NCBI GenBank assembly: GCA_965243135.1
Contig: OZ251539.1
Location: 5,568,001-5,632,000, forward strand
Direction of reading: 5' to 3'
Length of the DNA stretch: 64,000 nt
Source of the DNA: Alphaproteobacteria bacterium
GTDB lineage: Bacteria; Pseudomonadota; Alphaproteobacteria; MPNO01; UBA830
The position numbers and the translations under genes were made by a program. This document shows, piece after piece, positions 1 to 9,814 of the stretch. Under the pieces are notes generated by a model, which was not told the origin of the DNA, did not search any database, and saw only the letters and a list, made by a program, of their open reading frames with translations. How positions within the stretch are numbered: position 1 is the stretch's first letter; each line of letters begins with the position of its first letter.

Positions 1-2184
1 GACGCGGATGTCGTCCAGGTTGCGGCGATCCAGCAGCGCCTTCACCAGGCTCCAGTAGTCGCTGTCGTTCGCGGCGTCGTCCGTGAAGCCCGCGGCCGTG
101 AGCGCGTCGTCCACGCCATCGTTCGTCGCCACCGCCCGCAGGATCGCCTTCTCGTCGTCCGAGAGGCCCTGCGCCAGGACGTTCCGCAGCAGGGTTCTCG
201 TGGCCCCGTTGTTCGTGCTCAGATACGTCACAATCTGCGTGTCGGTCAGTTCGGACACGGCGGTCGTGGCCGTGGTCCCGATGGCGGTGAGGATCGGCGC
301 CGCGACCGCGATCTCGTCGTTGCCGAGCGCCGCCCGGAACTGCGCCAGGATGGCCGCCCTCCGCGAATCGGCGTGCGTCGTCGACAGCAGGTTCATCTGC
401 GCCGCGTTGTCCGCAACCGCGCCCGGGTCGTCGCCCTTGGCCACCTGCGCCGCCACGTCGCGCCAGGACAGGGCGTGCGCCTCGATGCCCGCCGCCCCGC
501 CGTAGTGGAGCGTCCCCTCGACGGCCTTCACGGCCGCCGACTCCCGGTCGAAGGCCAGTACTTGCGCCGCGGTCGCCGCCCGGAAGCGGCCCTGGTCGTC
601 CGTCGCCGTCCCGCGCGCGACGTTGCCTCCCGTCCAGGCGACGTCGATCGCGGGCACGTGATTCCCGTCGCCGTCCACGCTGCGCGCATCGCCCATCGCG
701 CTTTCGCGCGTGACCTCGAGGTAGACGCCCGTGCGGCCCGAAATCGTCCCCGCCGTCTGGTCGAAGTCGATCCGCGCCGCCTTGCCGACGTAGACGCCGT
801 GCCACCGCCCCGAGACGTTGCCGCTGGTCGTGGACGTGCCGCCGTTCGCGAACGTAATGTCGCCCTCGACGCGCCGCTCGATGCGGATGCCGTCTCCGTC
901 CTCCGACGCGACGGCGCCGGAGTTCGTGAGCTCGATGTCATCGTCCGCCGTGGCCGTGAAGACGTAGAGGGCGTGGTTCTTCGAGCTGAGGGCGCCGCGG
1001 TTGTCGACCGTGAGGGTGCCGCTGTTGGTGGCGTAGGTTCTTCCGCTGCCGAAGGTGACGCCCTCCGCCAGATAGATGGCGTGCCCCGTGTGCTGCGCCG
1101 CGTCGGCCGTCGCCGTCACGGCCCCGCTGTTGGTGAGCTCGACCGCGCCGCCGGAGACCTTCGTGAGCCGGATGCCGAACTCGGCCGCGGTGATGGCGCC
1201 GGAGTTCGTGAGCGTGATGGCCTGGGCGCTCTGGTTGTCCCAGTACTTGTAGTTGAACTGGATGCCCTGCTTCGCCGTCTGCCCCGTCGCCGCGGCGATG
1301 TCCCCGCTGTTGTCGAGGCTCAGGGCGCCGGCGCCCCAGTAGTTCATCAGGATGCCGGTGTAGGCGCCCCCCACCGTGATGTCGCCCGAGTTGGTGACGG
1401 TCAGCGAGCCGGTCCTCTGGGTCCCCCCATGCAGCACGTGGATGCCGTGCGGCCGGTCGACGTAGGTGCCGGTGGCGGCGGCGTTGCCGACGCCCGAGTG
1501 GATGGCGCCGGTGTTGGTGACGGTGGTCGCGTCGTTGGTGCCCCCCACCGTCCGGCCAACCCGGATGCCCTGCCCGGCGGCATGGATGGTCGCCGCGCTG
1601 GTGATCGTGCCGGCGGTGGCGCCCACGCCCTGGCTGGCAGCAGTGGGGCGCAGGTCGACGAAGATGCCGTTCTGCTTCATCGGGGTGGCCGAACTCCCGA
1701 TGGTCACCCCGCTTCTCACGTCCAGCGTCGTCGTCCGATTGTTGGCTATCTGCCTCAGATAGACGCCGTTGTTCCGGTTGGCGCCGCTCACCGAGTTCGT
1801 CCCCTGGACGATGTTCACGACGTGGGCGGTCCCGCCGGTCGAGCCCCCGACGTTGACCGTGAATCCGTGGGTGGCCTGGCTCTCCACGTGAATGCCGGCC
1901 GCCTGCGACCCCAACGTGATCGTGGTCGACCCGGCGCTGCGGCCCGGGACGCTGACCGTGGGGTTGGTGCCGGCGAGTTTGGCGCTCTCGGGGTAGTAGA
2001 TGCCGTCGTTGTACGTCGCGCCCGAGCAGGTGAGGACGTTCGCGCCTGACGGCCCGCATTCTATCAGCGCCCGCGCCTCCCCCGGCGCCAGCAGCAGCGC
2101 CGCCGCCAGCAGCGCGGCGCCCAGCGCGCCGGAAACGGGCATGGCCGGCTTCCCGCCCGCCGCTTCCGGGAGTCGGGCCTTCAT
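1..2184 (-). CDS. Autotransporter/adhesin-like passenger protein, N-terminal part (runs off the window start)
   Basis: Not in the ORF track because it has no stop in the window. Manual translation from ATG 2184 gives MKARLPEAAGGKPAMPVSGALGAALLAAALLLAPGEARA-LIECG (signal peptide), then G/T/N/V-rich beta-helix-like repeats. The same frame reads ...LSDDEKAILRAV...NLDDIRV at position 1; the interior was spot-checked only. Paralogous to 43674-47852. Confidence 0.8.
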   Translation of the reverse strand, partial: MKARLPEAAGGKPAMPVSGALGAALLAAALLLAPGEARALIECGPSGANVLTCSGATYNDGIYYPESAKLAGTNPTVSVPGRSAGSTTITLGSQAAGIHVESQATHGFTVNVGGSTGGTAHVVNIVQGTNSVSGANRNNGVYLRQIANNRTTTLDVRSGVTIGSSATPMKQNGIFVDLRPTAASQGVGATAGTITSAATIHAAGQGIRVGRTVGGTNDATTVTNTGAIHSGVGNAAATGTYVDRPHGIHVLHGGTQRTGSLTVTNSGDITVGGAYTGILMNYWGAGALSLDNSGDIAAATGQTAKQGIQFNYKYWDNQSAQAITLTNSGAITAAEFGIRLTKVSGGAVELTNSGAVTATADAAQHTGHAIYLAEGVTFGSGRTYATNSGTLTVDNRGALSSKNHALYVFTATADDDIELTNSGAVASEDGDGIRIERRVEGDITFANGGTSTTSGNVSGRWHGVYVGKAARIDFDQTAGTISGRTGVYLEVTRESAMGDARSVDGDGNHVPAIDVAWTGGNVARGTATDDQGRFRAATAAQVLAFDRESAAVKAVEGTLHYGGAAGIEAHALSWRDVAAQVAKGDDPGAVADNAAQMNLLSTTHADSRRAAILAQFRAALGNDEIAVAAPILTAIGTTATTAVSELTDTQIVTYLSTNNGATRTLLRNVLAQGLSDDEKAILRAVATNDGVDDALTAAGFTDDAANDSDYWSLVKALLDRRNLDDIRV

Positions 2185-2203
2185 TCCGGGACACCCATGC
2201 GGC

Positions 2204-2219
2204 GGGGGGGGGGGGGGGG
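2204..2219 (-). repeat. G16/C16 homopolymer in the 5' region of the autotransporter gene (candidate phase-variation tract)
   Basis: 16 consecutive G on the + strand, between ATG 2245 and ATG 2184. Confidence 0.85.
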
Positions 2220-2400
2220 ATTATGCGGTCAGTGCTTCCGGCCATCCTCGGGATCCTCGTCTCTCGTCAAGGTCATGCTCGAACGCATAAACGTAATCCG
2301 TGAACGACGCAAGATTCTCAATCTTGCCCTCGGTTTGCCGTCCGCCGGGCATTCGACTATACGGCTATGCTGAACGTGGTTGCAGAAAAGGGAGGAAAGC

Positions 2401-3501
2401 ATGCTTGCACGTCGGGCGCGCATTGGCGCCGTAATGTTGGTTTCGCTCGCGCCGCTCGCGGCGGGAGCTCAGAGCCTCACGCCGCAGGAGAAGGGCCTCG
2501 TCGAGGCCGCCAAGGCCGAAGGCGCCGTCACCATCATCAATCCGCTGTTTAGCGATCGCACCGGGCGGCTTCTCGGCAAGGCGTTCGTCGCGCGCTACGG
2601 CCTCGGCGACGGCTTCAAGTTCAACAATCTCCGCAAGGGCACCGGAGCCAGCGTCTCCCAGGTCCGCCAGGAAATAAAGGCGGGCAAGTTCACCGTCGAC
2701 GTGGCGCTGGTCAGCGCCCCGGGATTCTTCGACGCGGCGGCCGAGCGCGGCGCCTTCGAGAAGCTCGACAGCGGCTACTGGAAGGACAGCGAGGAGGTCG
2801 CCAGGGCGGCCGGCCAGTACTTCAAGTACCCATACGTCGTCACGCCGCTGGCGTACACGTTCCAACCGGTGTGGAACGCGTCCTGCCCCGGGATGGAGAA
2901 CTTCAGCGTCTCGACCTACCCCGAAGCGGTGCAGGCGGTCGTGAAGGGCAAGACCATCGCTTCCGACATCACGAAGAGCTTCACCTACACCAACACGGTC
3001 ATCGCGCTGCAGAAGGCCGGCGCGGTGGACTTTCCCGCCTTCTGGCCGAAGCTGAAGGCGACCGATCCGATCGTCGAGTTCCGCACCGAGCCGAAAATGC
3101 AGATGGTCATTTCGTGCCAGCGTCCGTTCGACATGTGGAACCTGTCCGGGCGCGTTTACCAGAACGTCCTCAAGCAACCGGCCCTGAAGGGAAAGATCAA
3201 GATCGGCTCCTACAAGGAAGGCCAGGTGATGCTCGGCAACCAGGCCGCCGTGCTCAAGGGCTCGCCGCATCCCAACGCGGGCAAGCTGCTTATCGAGTTC
3301 CTGCTGAGCAAGGAAGGAACGGACATCTTCGTCGACGGGGAAGCGATCTACAGCTTCCGCAAGGGATACGAGCCGCCGGCGTCCGCCGCGCCCTACCTGA
3401 TGAATCTCGCCGAACAGAAGCTCGTCGGGCTGGACGATTGGGTGGGAGCCCAGCGCGAGTTCAAGGGCGTGCGGGGAGAGTGGCAGAACAATTTCCGTTG
3501 A
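2401..3501 (+). CDS. ABC transporter substrate-binding protein (Fe3+/polyamine/thiamine-type family)
   Basis: GGAGG RBS before ATG 2401; signal peptide; AAKAEGAVTI and SPHPNAGKLLIEFLLSKEG motifs; first gene of an ABC operon. Confidence 0.85.
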   Translation: MLARRARIGAVMLVSLAPLAAGAQSLTPQEKGLVEAAKAEGAVTIINPLFSDRTGRLLGKAFVARYGLGDGFKFNNLRKGTGASVSQVRQEIKAGKFTVDVALVSAPGFFDAAAERGAFEKLDSGYWKDSEEVARAAGQYFKYPYVVTPLAYTFQPVWNASCPGMENFSVSTYPEAVQAVVKGKTIASDITKSFTYTNTVIALQKAGAVDFPAFWPKLKATDPIVEFRTEPKMQMVISCQRPFDMWNLSGRVYQNVLKQPALKGKIKIGSYKEGQVMLGNQAAVLKGSPHPNAGKLLIEFLLSKEGTDIFVDGEAIYSFRKGYEPPASAAPYLMNLAEQKLVGLDDWVGAQREFKGVRGEWQNNFR

Positions 3502-3597
3502 ACGCGCGTTGCCGGCGGGGCGCCTGAAGCCCCGCCGGCCTGACGCGGGGCCGCGGCCGGCGTCCCGGTCCAGGCGGTCGCCGACGGAAGCCGGACG

Positions 3598-5331
3598 ATG
3601 ACCGCCGTATCCGGCAACCGGACGCGCAACCGCCTGCGCGGGCTGCTCACCCAGGAAAACGTCGCGACCCTGGCCGTCAGCCTGATCGTCGGCGTCGCGG
3701 TCATCCTGCCCCTGATCACGCTGCTCGTCAGCAGCTTCAGGGTGCTCGATCCCCTCGGATGGGACACGGCGTGGGGCTTCGGCAACTACGTCGTCATGGT
3801 CACCGACCGCGTCATTCCGAAAGCCTTCGTCAACACGGTGATCATCAGCGCCGGCTCGACGGTGCTGGCGACGGTGCTGGGCGTGTCGCTCGCCTGGATC
3901 AACGCCCGGACCAACTGCCCGCTTCGCGACTACCTCGAACCGTACAATCTGGTGCCGTTCTTTCTCAGCCCGTTCGTCGGCGCGATCGCATGGCACAATC
4001 TCGCCGCCCCGCGCACGGGCTTGCTCAACGCATGGGCGCGCGATCTGCTGGGGATCGAGGGGCATCTGTTCAACGTCGACAACATCTGGGGCGTGATCTG
4101 GGTTACCGGCATCTTCTTCACGCCTCTGGTCTACCTGTTCGTCGTCGGCTCGCTGCGGCGCATGGACCCGTCGCTGGAGGACAGCGCGCGCACGACCGGA
4201 GCCGGATTGCTGCGCACCACGCTGACGGTCACGCTGCCGCTGGTCATGCCGGGCATTCTGTCGGGGGCGATCATCGTGTTCGTCACCAGCGCCGGCGAGT
4301 TCGGCGTGCCCTTCAAGCTCAGCGCGCCTTACGGGTGGGAGACGCTGACGACGCAGATATTCTCGAAGGCGGTCGGCGACGACGCCAACCATTATCTCGG
4401 AGCCACGATGAGCATGGCTCTCGGCGTCATAACGGTTTTCCTGATCTGGATTCAGCAGCGCTACATCGCGCCGCGCTCCTTCACGACGGTGACCGGGAAG
4501 GGCTACCGCCCGAACGTGCTCGACCTGGGCGGCTGGCGATGGGCGGCGTTCGGCTACAACCTGTTCTACATCCTGGTGGCGGTGGTCCTGCCCATCGCCT
4601 GCCTCGCGATCGTGAGCCTGCATCCGGTCTGGACGGCCGAGATCCAGCTTTCCGAGATCACCCTGCGCAACTACGAAAAGACGCTGTTCTTCTGGGATCC
4701 GGACAGCATCGAAGCGGCGACCAACGGAATCCTGAACAGTTTCTTCCTGGCGTTCGTCGGCGCGTCCATCGCGATGGCGCTGGCTCTGGTCGTCAGCTAC
4801 ATGATCCACCGCACCCAGGGCTTCGGGTCGCGCCTGCTCGATTTCCTTTGCGTCGTGCCCATCGGCTTTCCGGGAATCGTGCTGGCCATGGGCGTGCTGG
4901 TCACCTACATCCAGACGCCGATCTACGCGACGCTGTGGATTTTGCTGCTCGGCTACATCACGCGCTTCTTTCCCTACGGCCAGCGCAACGTGTCTTCGGT
5001 CATGCTCGCGATTTCCGAAGAGCTCGACCAGAGCTCGCGGATGGCGGGGGCGAGCTGGTTCACGACGCTGCGCCGCATCACCATACCGCTTCTGAAACCC
5101 GGCATCTTCGCGGGCTGGGTCCTGCTGTTCATCATCTATCTGCGGGAGCTGTCGATTTCGATAATCCTGTACACGACGGGGACCGAGACCCTGTCCGTCG
5201 GCGTCTACTATCTGACCAATTTCGAGAACGAGCCCCTGACGGCGGCGTTGTCGATGGCGCAGACGGCGGTGCTTCTGGCGTGCATCTACCTCTTCCGGCG
5301 GCTCGCCGGGCGCGAGGCGTTGACGGCGTGA
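3598..5331 (+). CDS. ABC transporter permease, fused double domain (FbpB-like)
   Basis: Many TM segments; two EAA-like loops (LEDSARTTGA, LDQSSRMAGA). Confidence 0.9.
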   Translation: MTAVSGNRTRNRLRGLLTQENVATLAVSLIVGVAVILPLITLLVSSFRVLDPLGWDTAWGFGNYVVMVTDRVIPKAFVNTVIISAGSTVLATVLGVSLAWINARTNCPLRDYLEPYNLVPFFLSPFVGAIAWHNLAAPRTGLLNAWARDLLGIEGHLFNVDNIWGVIWVTGIFFTPLVYLFVVGSLRRMDPSLEDSARTTGAGLLRTTLTVTLPLVMPGILSGAIIVFVTSAGEFGVPFKLSAPYGWETLTTQIFSKAVGDDANHYLGATMSMALGVITVFLIWIQQRYIAPRSFTTVTGKGYRPNVLDLGGWRWAAFGYNLFYILVAVVLPIACLAIVSLHPVWTAEIQLSEITLRNYEKTLFFWDPDSIEAATNGILNSFFLAFVGASIAMALALVVSYMIHRTQGFGSRLLDFLCVVPIGFPGIVLAMGVLVTYIQTPIYATLWILLLGYITRFFPYGQRNVSSVMLAISEELDQSSRMAGASWFTTLRRITIPLLKPGIFAGWVLLFIIYLRELSISIILYTTGTETLSVGVYYLTNFENEPLTAALSMAQTAVLLACIYLFRRLAGREALTA

Positions 5332-6422
5332 CCGGCGCGGCCGGCCATCTGGAGGTCAGGGACCTCGTCAAGCGCTTCGGCGACGACCGGGCGGTGGACG
5401 GCATTTCGTTCTCCGTCGCCCGCGGCGACTTCCTCACGTTGCTGGGGCCTTCGGGATGCGGAAAGACGACGACCCTGATGAGCATCGCCGGGCTGCACGC
5501 GATCGATTCCGGATCGATCCGCGTCGGCGACGCGGTCTACACTTCGCCGGCGGAGGGCCTATTCCTGCCCCCCGAGAAGCGGGACATCGGCATGGTTTTC
5601 CAGAGTTACGCGATCTGGCCGCACATGACGGTCGCGCAGAACGTCGCCTACCCGCTGGAAATCCGCAAGACCGGGCGCGCCGAGATCGACGAGCGGGTGG
5701 CGGACGCGCTGCGCCTGGTCGGGCTGTCGGACATGGCCGGCAAGCTGGCCACGCAGCTGTCGGGAGGCCAGCAGCAGCGCGCGGCGCTCGCGCGCGCCAT
5801 CGTCGGGCGCCCGCGGCTGCTGCTGTTCGACGAGCCGCTTTCGAATCTCGACCTGAAGCTGCGCGAACAGATGCGGGTCGAACTCAAGCGGATACAGAAC
5901 GAGGTGGGAATCACTTCGATCTACGTGACGCACGACCAGTCCGAAGCGCTGGTCATGAGCGACGAGATCGTCGTGATGAGCAAGGGCCGCATCGAGCAGA
6001 GGGGGGATCCGGCGCGGATATACAGCCGGCCGGTCAATCGCTACGTGAGCAATTTCATCGGCGTCGCCAACCTGCTCGAGGCGCGCGTGATCCGGAAGGA
6101 GGACGACGGGACCGGCGAGGTCGAGGTCGCGGGCGGTTCCCTGATCCTGCCCTGCCGCCTGGGACCCGGCGTCGGCGCGGGCGACGAGGCGGTTCTTTCC
6201 GTCCGTCCCGAGAACGTTCACGCCGAGCGCGAGCGGCCCGCCGGTCCGAGCGTCGAGGGCGAGGTCGCGCAGGTCATCTTTCTCGGCAACAGCGTGGATT
6301 GCCGCGTGAACTGGGGAGCTTTCGAGTGGAAGGTCCTCGCGCATCCGCGGCAGCGCCTGCGCGAGGGCGAGACGGTTCATCTTCGCTTCGACGCCGAAAG
6401 CATGCTGGCGGTCCGGCCGTGA
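5328..6422 (+). CDS. ABC transporter ATP-binding protein (PotA/FbpC-like, TOBE domain)
   Basis: GTG start overlapping the permease stop; GPSGCGKT, LSGGQQQR, LLFDEPLSNLD. Confidence 0.92.
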   Translation: MTGAAGHLEVRDLVKRFGDDRAVDGISFSVARGDFLTLLGPSGCGKTTTLMSIAGLHAIDSGSIRVGDAVYTSPAEGLFLPPEKRDIGMVFQSYAIWPHMTVAQNVAYPLEIRKTGRAEIDERVADALRLVGLSDMAGKLATQLSGGQQQRAALARAIVGRPRLLLFDEPLSNLDLKLREQMRVELKRIQNEVGITSIYVTHDQSEALVMSDEIVVMSKGRIEQRGDPARIYSRPVNRYVSNFIGVANLLEARVIRKEDDGTGEVEVAGGSLILPCRLGPGVGAGDEAVLSVRPENVHAERERPAGPSVEGEVAQVIFLGNSVDCRVNWGAFEWKVLAHPRQRLREGETVHLRFDAESMLAVRP

Positions 6423-7513
6423 GCGCCGCGGTCGAAATCGAGCGCCTGCACAAACGCTTCGGCGCGGAAACCGCGGTGAGGGACTTCAGCCTGTCCGTGG
6501 CGGAGGGCGAGTTCGTGACCCTGCTGGGGCCTTCGGGCTGCGGCAAGACCACGACCCTTCGCTGCATCGTCGGACTGGAGCGTCCCGACGCCGGCGAGAT
6601 CCGGATCGGCGGCCGCGCCGTCGCCTCGGCCGAACGCGGCGTCTTCCTCAACCCGGAGGACCGCGACCTCGGGATGGTGTTTCAGAGCTACGCCGTCTGG
6701 CCGCACATGACCGTCTTCGACAACGTCGCCTACGGCCTGAGGGTGCGCCGCGCGCCGGCGGCCGAATTGCGGCGGCGGACGGCGCGCGCTCTGGAGCTGG
6801 TCGATCTCCTCCATCTCGCCGACCGGTACGCCACGAAGCTTTCCGGCGGCCAGCGCCAGCGGGTCGCCCTCGCGCGCGCGATCGTCTACGAACCCAAGGT
6901 CGTGCTGTTCGACGAGCCGCTTTCGAATCTCGACGCGAAGCTGCGCGAGCAGATGCGCGTCGAGATCGTCCGCCTGCAGCGGGAGGTCGGCATCACGTCC
7001 GTCTTCGTCACCCACGACCAGACCGAGGCGCTGGTGATGAGCGACCGCATCGTGGTGATGGACAAGGCCGAGATCCAGCAGGTCGGCGATCCGCAGACGA
7101 TCTACGCCAGCCCCGTCAACGCTTTCGTCGCCAACTTCATCGGCGTGACGAGCCTGCTGGAGGGCCGGCTCCTCGACCGCGCGGAGGGCTTCTGCGAGAT
7201 CGAGGTTCCGGTCGGCGGCGGCGCGGCGCCGTTGCGCCTGAGGGCGTCGGGGGGAGAAGGGGCCGCTCGGGGCGACCGGATCGTTCTGAGCCTGCGCCCC
7301 GAGGACGTCTCGCTGCACCTCGAGGAACCCGAGGGCGGCGCGAACCTTTTCGAGGGCGAGGTCATCGACACGATCTATCTGGGGAACTTTCTCGAAGGGC
7401 GCGTCCGGGTGGGCGACCGCGAGATCGGCATCCGGCATCACGAATATCTGGCTCCCGGCCGCAAGGTCCATCTGAGCTTTCGGCCGGAGCACGGCCTCTG
7501 CCTGACGGAGTGA
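6419..7513 (+). CDS. Second ABC transporter ATP-binding protein (PotA/FbpC-like)
   Basis: GTGA overlap with the previous gene; GPSGCGKT, LSGGQRQR, VLFDEPLSNLD. Confidence 0.92.
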   Translation: MSAAVEIERLHKRFGAETAVRDFSLSVAEGEFVTLLGPSGCGKTTTLRCIVGLERPDAGEIRIGGRAVASAERGVFLNPEDRDLGMVFQSYAVWPHMTVFDNVAYGLRVRRAPAAELRRRTARALELVDLLHLADRYATKLSGGQRQRVALARAIVYEPKVVLFDEPLSNLDAKLREQMRVEIVRLQREVGITSVFVTHDQTEALVMSDRIVVMDKAEIQQVGDPQTIYASPVNAFVANFIGVTSLLEGRLLDRAEGFCEIEVPVGGGAAPLRLRASGGEGAARGDRIVLSLRPEDVSLHLEEPEGGANLFEGEVIDTIYLGNFLEGRVRVGDREIGIRHHEYLAPGRKVHLSFRPEHGLCLTE

Positions 7514-7538
7514 GGCCGCGAACAGGGGAGATAAAGGC

Positions 7539-8072
7539 ATGGACGCGAAAAACGTCTCGCTGGAGGAAATGGAGACCTTCGTGGCGCGTTTCGACAGCCT
7601 CCGCGGTTCGGACGAGGCCTACGTCGACAGCCGCCTGCCCGGCCACCGGCGCTTCAAGATCAACCTGATCGGCATGGGAGTCGTTGAGGCCGACGACGCG
7701 CCCGAACTGCGGCCCAACATTCCGCTGCCGGCGCACGGGTTCAATCTGGGCATGATCCAGGCGGAACACGGCAACGGGGCCGCGCTGCACGCGCACCGGA
7801 CCGAAGAAGTCTTCATGCCGCTGGTCGGGCCGTGGGCCGTCGTCTGGCTGACCGGGGAAGGGGAGAAGGAGATCGTCCTCGATCCCTTCGACGCGATCAG
7901 CGTTCCGATCGGCGTCTATCGCGGGTTCCGTTACGTCGGGGAAGGCAAGGGCACGTTGCTCACGCTCATCGGCGGTCCCGACGCGGGACGCGTCGACTGG
8001 CATCCTTCCGTGGTCGCGGCCGCGGCGGAAACGGGCCTGTCCCGCGACGAGGCCGGCAGCCTCAAGGCGTAG
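7539..8072 (+). CDS. Cupin domain protein
   Basis: GAALHAHRTEEVF and DAISVPIGVYRGF cupin motifs; purine-rich RBS. Confidence 0.8.
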   Translation: MDAKNVSLEEMETFVARFDSLRGSDEAYVDSRLPGHRRFKINLIGMGVVEADDAPELRPNIPLPAHGFNLGMIQAEHGNGAALHAHRTEEVFMPLVGPWAVVWLTGEGEKEIVLDPFDAISVPIGVYRGFRYVGEGKGTLLTLIGGPDAGRVDWHPSVVAAAAETGLSRDEAGSLKA

Positions 8073-8127
8073 GCCGAAATCCCGGGCGGCGCGCCGTCCG
8101 TCCGGCGAAGGAGGCCCGCGCGGTCGG

Positions 8128-9006
8128 TCAGAACCTGTAAAATGCCGCCGGCGTGTCGACCATGATCTTGCGGCGCATCTCCTCGTCGCCGATCCAGTCG
8201 CCGAAGGCGTCGACAAGGTCGCCATCGTTCGGGTTGACCTCGTACTTGTTCGGATGCGGCCAGTCCGTGCCCCACATGAGGCGGTCGGGCGCGGCCTCCG
8301 CCAACGCCCGCGCCATCGGCTTGACGTCGTCGTAGGGCGGCAGGTCGGTCGCGCTCACCCGGTTCGCTCCGGAAATCTTCACCCACGCGTTTCCTTCGCG
8401 CACCAGATCCAGCAAAGCCCGGAACCCCGGGGCCTCCACGCCGTCCGCCGCCGCCTGATACGCGAAATGCGCGATCGACATCGGAACTTTCAGCGCCCGG
8501 AAGACCGGCATGAGATCGACGATGTCCCGGCCCGGGAACAGAAACTCGATGTGCCAGCCGAACGGCGCGATTCGCGCGGCCAGTTCCGGCACCTCCTCGA
8601 ATTCGACCGGCATGCCGCCCTTGTTGTCGGCGTTGAGCCTGACGCCGCGCGCGCCCGCGGCGTCGAACGCGGCAAGCTCCTCGTCCGTCACGTCCGTCGT
8701 GACGGCCACCACCGCGCGGGCGCGGTCCGGCGTCTCCGCGTTGAGAGCGGCCATGCCGTCGAGTATCGCGGAGTTGTCGACGCCGTAAACCGACGGTTGC
8801 GTGAAGACGACCCGGTCGATGCCGAGCGCGCCGTGCAGGCTCACGAGATCGCCGAGGGTCGACTCGGGCGGGTTGTAGCCGCGTCCGGGCGACATCGGAT
8901 AACGGTCTTCGAATACGTGAACGTGCGTGTCCACGGCGCCGGCGGGAAGGCGGACGCCCGGCCTGCGCGGGTTTCTGTCGGGCGGAATGCAGTCTCTTAT
9001 GGTCAA
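8128..9006 (-). CDS. Amidohydrolase_2 family, 2-pyrone-4,6-dicarboxylate lactonase (LigI)-like
   Basis: DTHVHVF, QPSVYGVDNS, WVKISG, WGTDWPHP. Confidence 0.85.
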   Translation of the reverse strand: MTIRDCIPPDRNPRRPGVRLPAGAVDTHVHVFEDRYPMSPGRGYNPPESTLGDLVSLHGALGIDRVVFTQPSVYGVDNSAILDGMAALNAETPDRARAVVAVTTDVTDEELAAFDAAGARGVRLNADNKGGMPVEFEEVPELAARIAPFGWHIEFLFPGRDIVDLMPVFRALKVPMSIAHFAYQAAADGVEAPGFRALLDLVREGNAWVKISGANRVSATDLPPYDDVKPMARALAEAAPDRLMWGTDWPHPNKYEVNPNDGDLVDAFGDWIGDEEMRRKIMVDTPAAFYRF

Positions 9007-9055
9007 CGCGGTTCTCCTCGTTTCCGGCGGCGGCGGGCGGGCGGGCCGCAGGCCG

Positions 9056-9814
9056 TCACCCTCTGCCGACGAACGGCATCTTGGTGGCCATGAGGGTCAT
9101 GAACAGGACGTTGGCGTCCGGCGGGAGTTCGGCGACCCAGGCGACCGCGTCGCCGCAATGCGCCGCGTCCATCACCGGCTCCGCCATGATTTCGCCGTTG
9201 GCTTGCGGAACGCCGCGTTTCATGCGTCCGCCCATCGGCGTATCGGCGTTGCCGATGTCGATCTGGCTGCAGGCGATATCGTGCTTGCGGCCGTCGAGGG
9301 CTATGCTCTTCGTCAGCCCCGCGACGGCGTGCTTGGTCGACGTGTAGGCGACGGTGTCGGGGCGAGGCGAATGCGCCGATATCGACCCGTTGTTGATGAT
9401 GCGGCCGCCTTTCGGCGTCTGGTTCTTCATGACCCTGATCGCTTCCCGGGCGCAGAGGAAGGATCCCGTGAGGTTGACGTCGACGACGCGTTTCCAGTCT
9501 TCGACCGACAGGTCTTCCATGGGGATGCGCGGCGCGCCGGTTCCGGCGTTGTTGAAGAGCACGTCGAGACGTCCGAACCTCTCCGTCGCCTTCGCGAACA
9601 GCGCGCCGACCTGGCCGGGGTCGGATACGTCGGCGACGACCGGGAGCATTTCCGGACTGCCCGGATCGCGCATTTCCGCTGTCTCCTGCAGCAGTTCCAT
9701 CCTCCGCCCGGCGAGAACGACGGCGTAGCCGGCCTTGCCCAGCGACAGCGCCGCCGCGCGCCCGATGCCCGTTCCGGCGCCCGTTATCAGCGCGACTTTC
9801 GTTCGGGACGCCAT
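9056..9814 (-). CDS. SDR family oxidoreductase
   Basis: [18 protein letters not shown] catalytic motif. Confidence 0.92.
   Translation of the reverse strand: MASRTKVALITGAGTGIGRAAALSLGKAGYAVVLAGRRMELLQETAEMRDPGSPEMLPVVADVSDPGQVGALFAKATERFGRLDVLFNNAGTGAPRIPMEDLSVEDWKRVVDVNLTGSFLCAREAIRVMKNQTPKGGRIINNGSISAHSPRPDTVAYTSTKHAVAGLTKSIALDGRKHDIACSQIDIGNADTPMGGRMKRGVPQANGEIMAEPVMDAAHCGDAVAWVAELPPDANVLFMTLMATKMPFVGRG

Noticed and set aside
373-2049. Long + strand ORF (558 aa) and similar long antisense or alternate-frame ORFs throughout (e.g. 2365-4809, 43779-47261, 55189-57780)
   Set aside because: Shadow ORFs caused by high GC3 codon bias opposite real genes; R/G/A-rich with no motifs.
938-2245. 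435-aa minus ORF beginning MAGSTDRIIPPPPP
   Set aside because: Beyond the poly-C it is the off-frame reading of the autotransporter, not a separate protein.
3759-6422. 887-aa ORF, and similar apparent fusions at 16475-19396, 39882-41777 and 60373-62826
   Set aside because: N-terminal extensions are alternate frames of the upstream gene; real starts overlap the upstream stop.
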